Both the position numbers and the translations under genes were made by a program. This document shows, piece after piece, positions 18,624 to 28,872 of a stretch of DNA of 64,000 bases. Position 1 is the stretch's first letter. Every line of letters begins with the position of its first letter. The notes beneath the pieces were generated by a model, which saw only the letters and a list, made by a program, of their open reading frames with translations, was not told where the DNA came from and did no database searches. Source of the DNA: Candidatus Omnitrophota bacterium (GTDB lineage: Bacteria; Omnitrophota; Gorgyraeia; Zapsychrales; Zapsychraceae); assembly GCA_015233495.1 (NCBI GenBank), contig JADFXQ010000003.1, positions 5,860 to 69,859 of the forward strand, given 5' to 3'.

Positions 18624-20597
18624 TTATCCCGTTTGGCTATTATTTTCCTGCAATTTAAATCCGTCAATCAGCGTCTTCGTCTTTTTGGCCAACTCACTTA
18701 AAGACGCTGCGGAAGCCGCTGCCTGTTTGGTTGACGCGGCAAACTGCTTAGTCACCGTATTGATATTCTGCATAGCCTGGACTGTCTGCTCCGAAGCCGT
18801 GCGTTGTTGTTGGGTAGCAATCGAAATTTCTTTTGCCGAACCCGCAGTCTCTTTGATCAGCTCAACCCCCTTGGCGACCCACTTCGTCGAGTCTTCAATG
18901 CCCATAATTGTCGCGTTGGTCTCCATCTGAATTTCCGTGATCAATTGCCGAATTTCTTCCGTCGATTCCGATGACCGTTCGGCCAATTTGCGGACTTCCT
19001 GAGCGACGACCGCGAACCCCCGCCCCGCCTCCCCGGCCCGAGCCGCCTCAATCGCCGCATTCAACGCCAGCAGATTCGTCTGTTCCGCAATATCGTCGAT
19101 CAATTTTGTAATATTCCCGATCGCATGCGATTTTTCACCCAGCACAACAATTTTTTTCGCTGTTGCGTCCACTTTCGTATTGATCTCTAACATTCCCGCT
19201 AAAGTCCGTTCCGCGGCCTTGGCAACATTTTCCGCGTTCTGCGCAATCTGGGTCGCGGTGGCAGCCAATTCTTTCACTGTCGTGGACGCCTGATTCACCG
19301 CCGAAGACTGTTCGGTTGATCCCGACGCCTGCTGGTGAGCGGCAGAACTGATCTGCGCCGAAGCCGTATCCAATGCGAAAGCCCCTTGTTTGACCTGTGA
19401 AATAATCCGTTCGATTTTTCCGACAAAGACATTAAACCAATTGGCCATTTCTTCCATTTCATCGCCGGAGCGAATCGCTAACCGCTTGGTCAAGTCGCCT
19501 TCCCCTTTGGCAATGTCTTTAAGCATATCCACCACCTGCCGGATCGAGGTTGTAATAATACTCACAAATAAATAAACCACCAGCGCAATCCCTCCTATGC
19601 CCAGAATCCCGAGCAAGGCGCTAAGCATCACCATGCTTTTCGTTTTAGAAAAAACCACATCTCCCGGCACCCCCACCACCAAACCCCAAGGAGTCGTGTC
19701 TTTTCCGAAAGAAATCGCGCTCACGAACATATAAAACTTTTTTTGTTGTTTGGCGGCAAACATACTAAAGGAATAGTCTTGATCCGCGCGAATGGCCGCC
19801 AGGATCCCCGCGATATGAGCAGCAGGTATATCTGGATAAATTTCTTTTAAAGGCTTCCCGACATGATTGGCATCCTGATCTCCGACTACGGTTCCGTCAT
19901 TGGCCAACAAAATCGCGAACCCGGCATCATAAGGACGAATTTTCTCGACAATAGATTGCAAACTGTCTAATGCCAAATCCACTCCCGCTACCCCGACGAA
20001 TTTGTCCGCGTTTTTGATCGGCACGACTAAGCTGGTCATTAAAACCGGTTTCCCCATAACCGGATAAAGATAAGGATTGACAACCGTTTCCTTTTGAGTT
20101 TTTTTCGCGATCAAATAATAATCGCCGGCTCCTGCTTTTTCATAATCAACCAACGGCTCAAGTTTTATTTGTCCGGTACCGCGATTCCAATAGGGGATAA
20201 AACGTCCCGTCGCATCCGTTCCTTCTGTGCCGGCAAAAGTGGAATCCCGGTTATCCAGCGCGTTCGGCTCCCAGAGCGTCCAAGCTGCCAACAAATTCTC
20301 ATTACCTTCCAATGTTTTCTTTACGGCAAGATTAAAATAAGGCCGCCGCGCAGCTTCATCAATAGATTGATAACCCGCGAAAATGCGGGCTAAGGCGCGC
20401 GACGAATCAAAGGCATTTTCAATATGAAATTTAATATCATTGCCATACTTTTGCGCCAGCTGCTCCGTTTGGATATAGGCCTCTTTTTGCAGCAGGCTGT
20501 TGGATTTCAAGGTGAGAAAGGTAATCATCAAGAAAAATAAAAGGCTCATGGATAAACAAATGACTAAATTTAATTTTGTCTTGATATCAAGTTTCAT
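18624..20597 (-). CDS. Methyl-accepting chemotaxis protein with periplasmic dCache-type sensor, HAMP and MCP signalling domain
   Basis: N-terminal TM, ~280-aa periplasmic domain, second TM, HAMP, then the highly conserved MCP signalling core ([38 protein letters not shown]). Confidence 0.9.
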   Translation of the reverse strand: MKLDIKTKLNLVICLSMSLLFFLMITFLTLKSNSLLQKEAYIQTEQLAQKYGNDIKFHIENAFDSSRALARIFAGYQSIDEAARRPYFNLAVKKTLEGNENLLAAWTLWEPNALDNRDSTFAGTEGTDATGRFIPYWNRGTGQIKLEPLVDYEKAGAGDYYLIAKKTQKETVVNPYLYPVMGKPVLMTSLVVPIKNADKFVGVAGVDLALDSLQSIVEKIRPYDAGFAILLANDGTVVGDQDANHVGKPLKEIYPDIPAAHIAGILAAIRADQDYSFSMFAAKQQKKFYMFVSAISFGKDTTPWGLVVGVPGDVVFSKTKSMVMLSALLGILGIGGIALVVYLFVSIITTSIRQVVDMLKDIAKGEGDLTKRLAIRSGDEMEEMANWFNVFVGKIERIISQVKQGAFALDTASAQISSAAHQQASGSTEQSSAVNQASTTVKELAATATQIAQNAENVAKAAERTLAGMLEINTKVDATAKKIVVLGEKSHAIGNITKLIDDIAEQTNLLALNAAIEAARAGEAGRGFAVVAQEVRKLAERSSESTEEIRQLITEIQMETNATIMGIEDSTKWVAKGVELIKETAGSAKEISIATQQQRTASEQTVQAMQNINTVTKQFAASTKQAAASAASLSELAKKTKTLIDGFKLQENNSQTG

Positions 20598-20640
20598 CGC
20601 TTCTCCCTCCTTTGAACGCCGAAAATACCTTTATTAATTT

Positions 20641-21204
20641 TCATTTCCCGGAATAAACAAAATTGTTCTCCGAGTCCGCCAAGCGCGGCGCTTGCGCGTC
20701 CTTTGACGACAATATTGGCTCAGCGATCGGCCAAACCACATTCACAACCGGATCATTCCAAAAAATACTGCGCTCGCATTCAGGCGCGTATTCATCCGAA
20801 CACATATAAATGATCTGCGCCGCTTCACTAAGCACACAAAAGCCGTGGGCAAATCCCGCCGGAATAAAAAGCATACGTTTATTGTCTTGGGATAAATTCT
20901 GGCCAACCCACTTACCATACGTCGGCGACCCCTGACGGATATCAACGGCCACGTCAAATATTTCCCCCTGCGGCACAAAGATAACTTTCGCCTGCGGTTT
21001 TGGCCGGATCTGATAATGCATGCCGCGCAAGACATTCTTACGGGAAAAAGATTGATTCAGCTGAGCCAATCCCACCTCAATTCCTGCCGCTTTAAAATCC
21101 GAAATCCGATAAAGCTCGGAGAAAAAACCGCGGCTGTCCATAAACTGCTGCAGGGTGACTACAATCACCTCCGGGATCCCGGTTTTCTCAAATACGAATG
21201 CCAT
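20641..21204 (-). CDS. rfbC: dTDP-4-dehydrorhamnose 3,5-epimerase
   Basis: Cupin RmlC signature (RGMHYQ...GEIFDVAVDIR...GFAHGF). Confidence 0.9.
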   Translation of the reverse strand: MAFVFEKTGIPEVIVVTLQQFMDSRGFFSELYRISDFKAAGIEVGLAQLNQSFSRKNVLRGMHYQIRPKPQAKVIFVPQGEIFDVAVDIRQGSPTYGKWVGQNLSQDNKRMLFIPAGFAHGFCVLSEAAQIIYMCSDEYAPECERSIFWNDPVVNVVWPIAEPILSSKDAQAPRLADSENNFVYSGK

Positions 21205-21205
21205 A

Positions 21206-22069
21206 TTACTCCTCCGCCAACCTTAATAAATATTCGCCATAGGAAGTCTTGATCTCCCGGCCGAGCGTTTTGAGCTGATCTTTTCCTATATAACCCAACG
21301 CATAGGCGATTTCCTCAACGCACGCCACCTTAAGCCCTTGCCGATCTTCAACTGTTTTGATAAAAACTGCCGCATCAATCAAAGACTCACAAGTGCCGGT
21401 ATCCAACCAAGCGTAACCGCGGCCCAGACGTTCGACGTTCAGACAGCCGCGGCGCAGATATTCATTGTTGATATCCGTGATCTCAATCTCGCCCCGGGCA
21501 GAGGGTTTTACCTGCTTGGCAATATCCACTACCTGATTGTCATAAAAATATAAACCCGTTACTGCCCAATGCGAACACGGCTTTGGCGGTTTTTCGTTAA
21601 TCGCGATGGCCTTGCCGTTGGCATCAAAGGTGACCACGCCATAATGCTGAGGTTCCTTCACATAATAACCGAACACGGTCGCCCCGGACGGCCTTGCCGC
21701 CGCAGTCGAGAGCAATGCGGACATCCCGTGTCCAAAGAAAATATTGTCACCCAGAATCAAAGCCGCGTTATCTGCGCCAATAAAAGCCTCGCCTACCAAG
21801 AACGCGTCTGCTAAACCGCGCGGCTGGGCTTGTTCGGCATAGGAAATATTCAGGCCCAGCCGACTTCCATCCGAAAATAAATTTCTAAACTGCGGCAAAG
21901 CCGCTGGCGTGGAAATGATCAAAATATCCCGAATCCCGGCCAGCATCAACACTGAAAGTGGATAATAAATCATCGGCTTGTCGTAAACCGGCAACAATTG
22001 TTTTGAAACGACCTGAGTGATCGGATACAGCCGGGTAGCTAACCCGCCGGCAAGAATAATCCCTTTCAT
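21206..22069 (-). CDS. rfbA: Glucose-1-phosphate thymidylyltransferase
   Basis: [18 protein letters not shown] nucleotidyltransferase motif. 287 aa RmlA-like. Confidence 0.95.
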   Translation of the reverse strand: MKGIILAGGLATRLYPITQVVSKQLLPVYDKPMIYYPLSVLMLAGIRDILIISTPAALPQFRNLFSDGSRLGLNISYAEQAQPRGLADAFLVGEAFIGADNAALILGDNIFFGHGMSALLSTAAARPSGATVFGYYVKEPQHYGVVTFDANGKAIAINEKPPKPCSHWAVTGLYFYDNQVVDIAKQVKPSARGEIEITDINNEYLRRGCLNVERLGRGYAWLDTGTCESLIDAAVFIKTVEDRQGLKVACVEEIAYALGYIGKDQLKTLGREIKTSYGEYLLRLAEE

Positions 22070-22079
22070 TTTTCTCCTC

Positions 22080-22991
22080 TCATCGCATCCGGCCGTTTTT
22101 AATTATATCCGCAGCCGAACATTTTCTACCCCGAATCCCGTCGAGCAACCCGCGCCGCAATGCCGCGAGTTTATTTTGCTTATCTTGCTCAAAGAAAGCC
22201 ACGATAAAAAATTTATACGCGATATAAGCAATATATACCGTCGAAAGTCCGAATTCCTTAAAAAAGTTTTCTTTAATTATCCAAATCAAATTGCGGGTGA
22301 TCAGATAGCACCGTTTCGCCACATGATTATTGGCCGTGACCTTAATCCCGGTGCCCGGAATTCGATGCGCCGTTTTGCGGCCCAATTCGTGTTCCAGCAT
22401 CGGCCGCGCATACATAAAATTTTTCCGGCCGCAACGACGCACCCTTATACAAAAATCGTGGTCGAACCAATCCAAAAAAAACTCTTCTTGAAACCGGCCG
22501 GCCTCCCGATAGGTTTCGATGGAAAAAAAGCTCCCGGAAGAAATCATCACTTTTACTTCCGCCCACTGATCATCGTATTTTTTGCCGGGGATCTCCGCTC
22601 CCAGTGTCCCGGTATTGACATCCAGATACCGGGCGTTCATGACCCCTACCCGGCATCCGGCCAGTTCGCTTTGTAAAGCAGCCGTATAAATCGCGACTAA
22701 CCCGTCAAATACGCGAGTATCATCGTCCAAAGTCAATATCCATTCATACCCCTGCCCCGCCGCCCAATCAACCCCCTGATTCAAAGCCGCCGCAATCCCC
22801 GCATTCGCCGGATTTTTTATTATATGACAACCCCGAGTGTGCAGCTGCGCTAAAATCCCGGCCGCGCTCTCATCGCCAGTATTGTCAACGACCGCCACTT
22901 TTTTAACCTGGGCCAAAACCGTATCCAAACGTTCCGGCAAAGACGGTTCCGGATAGTAAGTAACAACAACTGCGGCAACAGATGATATCAT
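22080..22991 (-). CDS. Family 2 glycosyltransferase (rhamnosyltransferase-like)
   Basis: VVVTYYPE...[10 protein letters not shown]2 N-terminal motifs and a DxD region. Confidence 0.75.
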   Translation of the reverse strand: MISSVAAVVVTYYPEPSLPERLDTVLAQVKKVAVVDNTGDESAAGILAQLHTRGCHIIKNPANAGIAAALNQGVDWAAGQGYEWILTLDDDTRVFDGLVAIYTAALQSELAGCRVGVMNARYLDVNTGTLGAEIPGKKYDDQWAEVKVMISSGSFFSIETYREAGRFQEEFFLDWFDHDFCIRVRRCGRKNFMYARPMLEHELGRKTAHRIPGTGIKVTANNHVAKRCYLITRNLIWIIKENFFKEFGLSTVYIAYIAYKFFIVAFFEQDKQNKLAALRRGLLDGIRGRKCSAADIIKNGRMR

Positions 22992-22995
22992 GCCT

Positions 22996-24726
22996 TCAAC
23001 AACCTCTTTTATATAATTTATTAACTATTTCGCGCCATTTCCAAACGAAAAATCTAATCTGAAAAATATGCCGCCACCCGGCAGAATATAACAAGCGGTG
23101 ATTATTAAGAACGTTTTGAAAAAGATTCATTCTGCTATATTTAGCCATATCATTACGGCTTTGATTCGACGCATGCTTATAATAATTCAAAAGCGCTTCG
23201 GGAATATATTTCCCTTTACTTCCCTTCTCTACCATAGAAAGGTATAAATCCCAATCTTCATAACCTTGACCCATATTGGCCTTATACCCCCCAGCGGACT
23301 CGAAAGCTTCTCTTTTTATCAAAGCGCTGTTATGAATATAATTTTCCCAACGAAGATAAACTCTATTAAATGGCCGTGATTTAAATGTGCCATTTTTAAA
23401 TCCACAATAATTCATATCGGAATAAAAAAAATCACAAGAAGTATTTTGGTAATATGCCTCTAGATACCGTTCAATCGCATCATTTCTTAACGTATCGTCA
23501 GCATCCAAAAAAAGAATAAATTTACCGGTAGAATATCGAAAGCCGTTATTCCGAGCAGCGATAACCCCTTGATTATTTTGCGCCAATAAAGTCACCGAAT
23601 ATTTTTTAATTTCACCAATTGAATCATCTGTCGAGCCGTCATCAACAACAATAATTTCGTGTGGTCGTATCGTCTGTTCCAGCGCGCTAAGAATCGCCCG
23701 CCCAACATAATTTTTATAGTTATAATTAACAATAATCACGCTAACGGTTTCTTTTTTTAACGAAAATATTTTATGATTATAAAACCCTTTTGAAATAATA
23801 CTCCTGCGTTGATCATGCAGATCTCGCCAATGAACGATGATCCAAAGAAAAGCTCGGAATTTTGCGCGGATAATGGTTCGGAAACGCTCATTCATAAAGA
23901 AGCTCAAGCTAGATGCCCCGCAAGCGATAAGACCTTGCGCAAAAAAATCTTTTATAAGACGTTTATAATAGGGTTGATCAAAATTACGAATAGCAAAAAT
24001 AATCCGATTGCGATACATATGATAAAAATAGAAATATGAATCTGGTCCCGCACTTTTCGCAATCTGATGCCAAACACAAGCTTTTGGTTCGTAAACAATT
24101 TTATAGCCGTTTCGTATTGCCCGGGCAAACAAATCCGTTTCTTCATAATAAGCGAAAAAAACCGGCTCCAAGAATCCAATTTCATCAATAAGTTTTCTTT
24201 TTATCAATACAGCGCATCCCGATATGGAATCCGCATCAAATTGTGTTCCCTCTTGATTCATTAACGTCTCGGCGGATCCTGTCCAGGGATTAATAACTTG
24301 ATAGGAATAATACGGATTATTTTTATCAAAAGACGCGTTGTGTGAATCCCAGATATACGCCCGCCCTCCGACGACGCCAATCTTGGGATCTTCTTGCGCC
24401 CGTTTCACCAGCGCGCTCAACCATTGAGGATCAACTACAACATCGTTATTTAATAAAATAATATATTGCCCATGGCAAATTTTTAACCCTTCAATGTTTC
24501 CTCCCGTAAAACCTAAATTTTTTTCATTTTCAATGAATCTAATAGGAAAAAAATACCGGCTTTCCGTGAGGTGGTCTTTAAGAATTCCCGGCGATCCATC
24601 TCTGGAACCATTATCAATTAAAATCACTTCAAAATCTTTGTGCGCCAATAAGGAAAGGGACTGTAAACATTTTTTAGTGTCTTCGTATTTATTCCAATTC
24701 AAAATTATGATTGAACAATACGGCAT
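22996..24726 (-). CDS. Bifunctional glycosyltransferase with two tandem GT2 domains
   Basis: Two separate GT2 cores (SIIILNWNKYEDT...IDNGSRDGS and VSVIIVNYNYKNY...VVDDGSTDDS). Gene is markedly AT-rich relative to its neighbours. Confidence 0.75.
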   Translation of the reverse strand: MPYCSIIILNWNKYEDTKKCLQSLSLLAHKDFEVILIDNGSRDGSPGILKDHLTESRYFFPIRFIENEKNLGFTGGNIEGLKICHGQYIILLNNDVVVDPQWLSALVKRAQEDPKIGVVGGRAYIWDSHNASFDKNNPYYSYQVINPWTGSAETLMNQEGTQFDADSISGCAVLIKRKLIDEIGFLEPVFFAYYEETDLFARAIRNGYKIVYEPKACVWHQIAKSAGPDSYFYFYHMYRNRIIFAIRNFDQPYYKRLIKDFFAQGLIACGASSLSFFMNERFRTIIRAKFRAFLWIIVHWRDLHDQRRSIISKGFYNHKIFSLKKETVSVIIVNYNYKNYVGRAILSALEQTIRPHEIIVVDDGSTDDSIGEIKKYSVTLLAQNNQGVIAARNNGFRYSTGKFILFLDADDTLRNDAIERYLEAYYQNTSCDFFYSDMNYCGFKNGTFKSRPFNRVYLRWENYIHNSALIKREAFESAGGYKANMGQGYEDWDLYLSMVEKGSKGKYIPEALLNYYKHASNQSRNDMAKYSRMNLFQNVLNNHRLLYSAGWRHIFQIRFFVWKWREIVNKLYKRGC

Positions 24727-24768
24727 AATTTTCCCAATAACTTCTTGAAGCTCGGCATCGAATGAGTG

Positions 24769-26151
24769 TTACATAAGTCTATGCTGTATTTTTTCTAATA
24801 TTAATAATTCGCGATGTTTTAACCAATTTTCATCGTCATCCATTTTGACAGAGAATAAACACTTGGTTTGATAACCCTGTGATATCGCAAATTCTTCAAC
24901 ATCCTTTAATATTGGCAAGAATTTTCTTACAGTTTCGAAAACAACAATTTCCGGTTCAAATTTTGAAATGATGGTTTTTATTGATCCCAGCAGAGTTTTA
25001 CTCTCCAATGATTCTTTAGTGATCTCGTATCCTCCATAACCCAAAACCACCAAGATATCCACCTTGGTGAGCGCTTGGATAAAATCATCATCTTTTTTTA
25101 AATAAAAAATTGACCGCTCCGTCAGGGCCGGGAATAAATTGCGGATATCATTGCCAATATATTGCCGATAGGTGTCTGGTATATACTTAAGAAGCGGGGC
25201 GTGTCCACAATCAAGATCAACAATAATTTTTTCTTTTACTTTATCGCGTAAATACCCTGCCGCGAGCCAGACGCGATAATCCATTTTTTCATCGAATAAA
25301 TACGCCCATACATCGTTCTTTCTGCAAATCAAACGGATAAGTTGATGCTGGGTGTTATCTTCCTGAATATATATCGCTTCTTCCTCAACAACCGCAAAAT
25401 ACCTCCCGATCGTTTTTAGAAGATACTTTTTATTAAAAAAATACTGAACATTCGGATCCGGCGTATTAACTTCCTGATTGATACATATTGAATCGCTAAT
25501 ATCCGCCCAGACAACTAAAAGTAAAATTCCCGTCCGTTTCAAAACCTTGTTATATTCAGAAAAAAGTTTTTCCAAATCAATCGGATTAATATGATCAGCC
25601 GTAGATAAATCAATAACACAATCAAAAGCTCCCTTATCAAAATTGAGGCGTCTAATATCGCCGGTTTCAAAACTGCAGGGAATAGTTTTTAACTCGCCTA
25701 TTTTTAACTTGGCCTTATCTTTAACTTGTTCCTGAATTTCAATTGCGTGAATCCTGCCGGCGCGTTTAAGCGAACCAATAATCCCCCCAGCCAGCGGCAA
25801 AGCCTCGGCCTCATTAAACAGATCCGTTTTTAAAACCACTGCTTCCTGGGAACCCAGAGAATCAATCACTCTTTGACTCTCCAATAAATAGTAGAGCCGC
25901 ACTTCCTCAACGGTTTTAAATGGATATTTTATCAGCCATAAATATTTTTCCCGTCGCCAAATCAATTTGCCCAATATTTTATGCTGTTTTTGTAATAAAA
26001 CATATATGCAAAGCAAGAATTTTTTGCCAGTGCTGGCGGAAAAAAAAATTAAAATATGATTTAACAGATTCGCAATAAATTTCCTCTGGCTGGGAGTCAA
26101 AATTTTTATTAAAAATCCTTTAACAGCTCTATATAACCATTTAATCATCAA
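24769..26151 (-). CDS. Putative SAM-dependent methyltransferase-like protein (candidate polysaccharide chain modifier/terminator)
   Basis: Divergent class-I MTase-like motifs (AFDCVIDLS, LKRTGILLLVVW). Located between the GT genes and wzt, as WbdD-type terminators are in ABC-dependent O-antigen loci. AT-rich. Assignment tentative. Confidence 0.35.
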   Translation of the reverse strand: MMIKWLYRAVKGFLIKILTPSQRKFIANLLNHILIFFSASTGKKFLLCIYVLLQKQHKILGKLIWRREKYLWLIKYPFKTVEEVRLYYLLESQRVIDSLGSQEAVVLKTDLFNEAEALPLAGGIIGSLKRAGRIHAIEIQEQVKDKAKLKIGELKTIPCSFETGDIRRLNFDKGAFDCVIDLSTADHINPIDLEKLFSEYNKVLKRTGILLLVVWADISDSICINQEVNTPDPNVQYFFNKKYLLKTIGRYFAVVEEEAIYIQEDNTQHQLIRLICRKNDVWAYLFDEKMDYRVWLAAGYLRDKVKEKIIVDLDCGHAPLLKYIPDTYRQYIGNDIRNLFPALTERSIFYLKKDDDFIQALTKVDILVVLGYGGYEITKESLESKTLLGSIKTIISKFEPEIVVFETVRKFLPILKDVEEFAISQGYQTKCLFSVKMDDDENWLKHRELLILEKIQHRLM

Positions 26152-26175
26152 ATATGCTCCGCACTCACCATCTAA

Positions 26176-26907
26176 TTATTGGGCCAAATACGAACAAAAG
26201 ATATTCTCCATATCTTCCCCCGCTTGCTCAACCTTCCCATGCCCCATCAGAATCACCTTTGTACACAATTGCTTTAAGATCGGGAGGTCGTGGCTGACCG
26301 TCAACAAAGTCCGGCCTTCTTTGGAAAATTCCAGGAGTTTGGCGCGGGATTGTTTTTGAAACTCGTCGTCTCCTACCGCGATTACCTCGTCCAACAGCAG
26401 AATATCAGCGTCGGCATGCGCGGCCACCGCGAAAGCCAATCTCAAATACATACCGTTGGAATAATATTTTATCGGGGTGTCGATGAACTGGCCGATTCCG
26501 GAAAAATCCACAATGCGGTCGAATTTCTGTTTGATCTCGCTGGTCGTCATACCGATAATAACTCCATTTAGGAAAACATTCTCCCTTCCGGTAAGTTCAG
26601 GATGAAAACCGCTGCCGATCTCAATGATCGAACCCACCCGGCCGCGCAACCTCGCCTCACCGGCAGTCGGCGCGATAATCCGGGCCAGAATCCTGAGCAA
26701 CGTGGTTTTCCCTGAGCCATTCGCGCCGATAATCGCGACGCGCTCGCCGCAAGCAACCTTAAATGTCACCTCGCGCAAAGCCCAAAACGAATCGTCTTGC
26801 CGGGCGCCGGGACGTATGCCCCGCAGCCGGTCCATAAACCGCGAGCGCCGGGAACGATCCGCGAGATGAAAACATTTGCTCAATTGATCAATTTCAATCG
26901 CGTTCAT
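26176..26907 (-). CDS. wzt: Polysaccharide ABC transporter ATP-binding protein (Wzt/TagH-like, no C-terminal carbohydrate-binding domain)
   Basis: Walker A GANGSGKTTLL, ABC signature YSNGMYLRLAFA, Walker B ILLLDE. 243 aa. Confidence 0.85.
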   Translation of the reverse strand: MNAIEIDQLSKCFHLADRSRRSRFMDRLRGIRPGARQDDSFWALREVTFKVACGERVAIIGANGSGKTTLLRILARIIAPTAGEARLRGRVGSIIEIGSGFHPELTGRENVFLNGVIIGMTTSEIKQKFDRIVDFSGIGQFIDTPIKYYSNGMYLRLAFAVAAHADADILLLDEVIAVGDDEFQKQSRAKLLEFSKEGRTLLTVSHDLPILKQLCTKVILMGHGKVEQAGEDMENIFCSYLAQ

Positions 26908-27734
26908 AAAATATCCGCCATGTTCTGATCCTGCTTGTAAAAAAAACAGATACCTGCCGTAAAAATGATGGTCGTCAGGATTAAAGAAATCAGATAAGCA
27001 TCCCAGTGCACCGGGACCTTGCCCGCTAAAAGCGACCAGCGAAACACTTCGATCAATCCGACCATAGGATTAAGATAAAAAACATACCGGATTTCATCCG
27101 GGATCAAACTGGTGCTATATCCAATCGGAGAAACAAAAAAACCGATCTGTATCATAAACGGCACAATAAAAATAACGTCCCGCCAATAAACCGCCAAAAC
27201 GGATAAAAAATAAACCACTCCCAAAGTCAGAATACCCGTATGTAAAATCAAAAAAGGAACCAATAAAATGTGCGCATCCATCCCGACGCCGAAAAATAAA
27301 GCCAAAAAAATAAATGCCAGCCCCGTCAACAAAGCGTCGCTGAGATGGATCAAAATTGATGTGGTCGGAATAAGCAGGCGGGGAAAATATGTGCGGCGCA
27401 GCATCGCGGCATTATCGATTAAAGACGAAGCGCCAACCGCCAGCGTATTGGCAAAAAGCATCCAGGGCAAAAGCGCCGAAAGAACCAGCAATGAATAGGG
27501 CAAGCCGTCGGAAGGAAGCTTCGCAACTTTCCCAAACACAATCACAAACACCACCATGGTTAAAAGCGGACGCAAAACACTCCATCCCAGCCCCAAAGCC
27601 GCGTGTTTATACCTGACCAAGAGATCTCTCCAAGCCAACATGAAAAGAATTTCCCGCCCGGCGCAAGCATCTTTTAAATAAGAACCAAAATGCTTTTTAG
27701 AATTGATGATTGTTTCCGAAACCTTGTTTTGCAT
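26904..27734 (-). CDS. wzm: Polysaccharide ABC transporter permease (ABC-2 type, Wzm-like)
   Basis: Six hydrophobic helices, ABC-2 family pattern. 4-nt overlap with the wzt start. Confidence 0.8.
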   Translation of the reverse strand: MQNKVSETIINSKKHFGSYLKDACAGREILFMLAWRDLLVRYKHAALGLGWSVLRPLLTMVVFVIVFGKVAKLPSDGLPYSLLVLSALLPWMLFANTLAVGASSLIDNAAMLRRTYFPRLLIPTTSILIHLSDALLTGLAFIFLALFFGVGMDAHILLVPFLILHTGILTLGVVYFLSVLAVYWRDVIFIVPFMIQIGFFVSPIGYSTSLIPDEIRYVFYLNPMVGLIEVFRWSLLAGKVPVHWDAYLISLILTTIIFTAGICFFYKQDQNMADIL

Positions 27735-27861
27735 AGGTCGAATAAAAAAAACTCTTTCAATGAATTAGTCGTCTGAAATTTTCTTAATCAGCAGCGGAAT
27801 GCTGATTGCCCCGTTCATATAGCAATCCCAAACCCTAAAAATGATTCGAATATTATAAACG

Positions 27862-28605
27862 CTATTTCCGGATCGTCCAAAAATCCCGCGCCAGGGTTTC
27901 GAGATATTCGAAGGGTATGGTGAAATATCCTTCCCTTCCCCAGGCCGCTCCCCAGGAATTGCGGACCAAGAACCTTTTGGCTTTTTGGTCATAGCCGACC
28001 GCCATCACTGCGTGGCCGCCCAGCAAACGCTCAGTCTTTTTCGGCATCAGGGCTGTCCCGGTACGCGCCACAGCCGGGGAAGCGAAACTTTCATAAACCG
28101 CCATGCCAAAAACAAAAGGAAAACCGTCCGCCAAACAAGCAAACATATCGTCCAGCGAACTTAACCGGTGATAAGAAACGATCTTATGTTGTAAAGCCTG
28201 CCGATAGCACGCGGCAGTGGGTTTGTCGGCAAATTTATCAACCGCATACGGCCAAATTTCTTCATGACAAACGCCTTGTTTTGCCAAAGTCTGAATGCCG
28301 TCGCGCAGCATCGCGCCCGAATCAACCGCCGCGGTTTTATGCAACACTCTTTCATTATAATAAATGAACAGCCGGCTGACATCCGCGTACATTTGATCCG
28401 CGGCATAATCTAAATATTCAATGTTTCCCGCCAAGGCCTGAGCCGTGCAGCTGCCTAATTTACCTTGATCTTCGACGGGAGAACAGCCGAAACGCAAATC
28501 AACCGCCGGCGGCAAACGCAACCGCGGCCGTATCGCTTTATATAAAAAATCCCGACTGTCCGGCACATCCGGCAGCCAACCGTAACGACGTTCAATCATC
28601 CGCAT
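27862..28605 (-). CDS. Papain-like cysteine protease (peptidase family C1A), no signal peptide or prodomain
   Basis: Catalytic triad context matches papain: QGKLGSC (Gln-6-Cys spacing), GGHAVMAVGYD (His) and NSWGAAWGREGYF (Asn). N-terminus MRMIERRYGWLPDVPDSRDF carries an LPxxxD-R-like motif. Strong GGGAGAAAGGGGGAG RBS. Confidence 0.8.
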   Translation of the reverse strand: MRMIERRYGWLPDVPDSRDFLYKAIRPRLRLPPAVDLRFGCSPVEDQGKLGSCTAQALAGNIEYLDYAADQMYADVSRLFIYYNERVLHKTAAVDSGAMLRDGIQTLAKQGVCHEEIWPYAVDKFADKPTAACYRQALQHKIVSYHRLSSLDDMFACLADGFPFVFGMAVYESFASPAVARTGTALMPKKTERLLGGHAVMAVGYDQKAKRFLVRNSWGAAWGREGYFTIPFEYLETLARDFWTIRK

Positions 28606-28657
28606 TTTTCTCCCCCTTTCTCCCGTCTTAAGAACAAAAATTTTATTTGCCTCTTTT

Positions 28658-28861
28658 GAATTCCGAATGGGTAAGTAAGGCTAATAATTGTTTTCTTCTG
28701 ACACAATAAGGGTTTTTTGGCCAAAAGTCTGCAAGGTTTTACGGCGAGCTTTCCGCGTTTAAAAATCGCGATAGAAAGCTTGCCGTAAACCGAAGCAGAC
28801 GGCCAAAATAACCCGTGGCAGCAGAAAACAATTATTAGCCTTACTTACCCATTCGAAATTC
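28658..28861. mobile_element. MITE-like long imperfect palindrome. 38-bp terminal inverted repeats (1 mismatch) flanking a 128-bp core that is itself palindromic, flanked by 8-bp direct repeat TTTTATTT (28641-28648 / 28871-28878)
   Basis: Left arm gaattccgaatgggtaagtaaggctaataattgttttc (28658-28695). Right arm is its reverse complement gaaaacaattattagccttacttacccattcgaaattc (28824-28861). Nested inverted repeats ttttacggcgagctttc / gaaagcttgccgtaaa around a cgcg...cgcg centre. Confidence 0.55.
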
Positions 28862-28872
28862 AAAGGAACCTT

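Noticed and set aside
27741-27861. Hairpin aatcagcagcggaatgctgatt as the terminator after the C1 protease gene
   Set aside because: The stem is present but is followed by only a weak, interrupted U-tract on the transcribed strand. Too uncertain to call.
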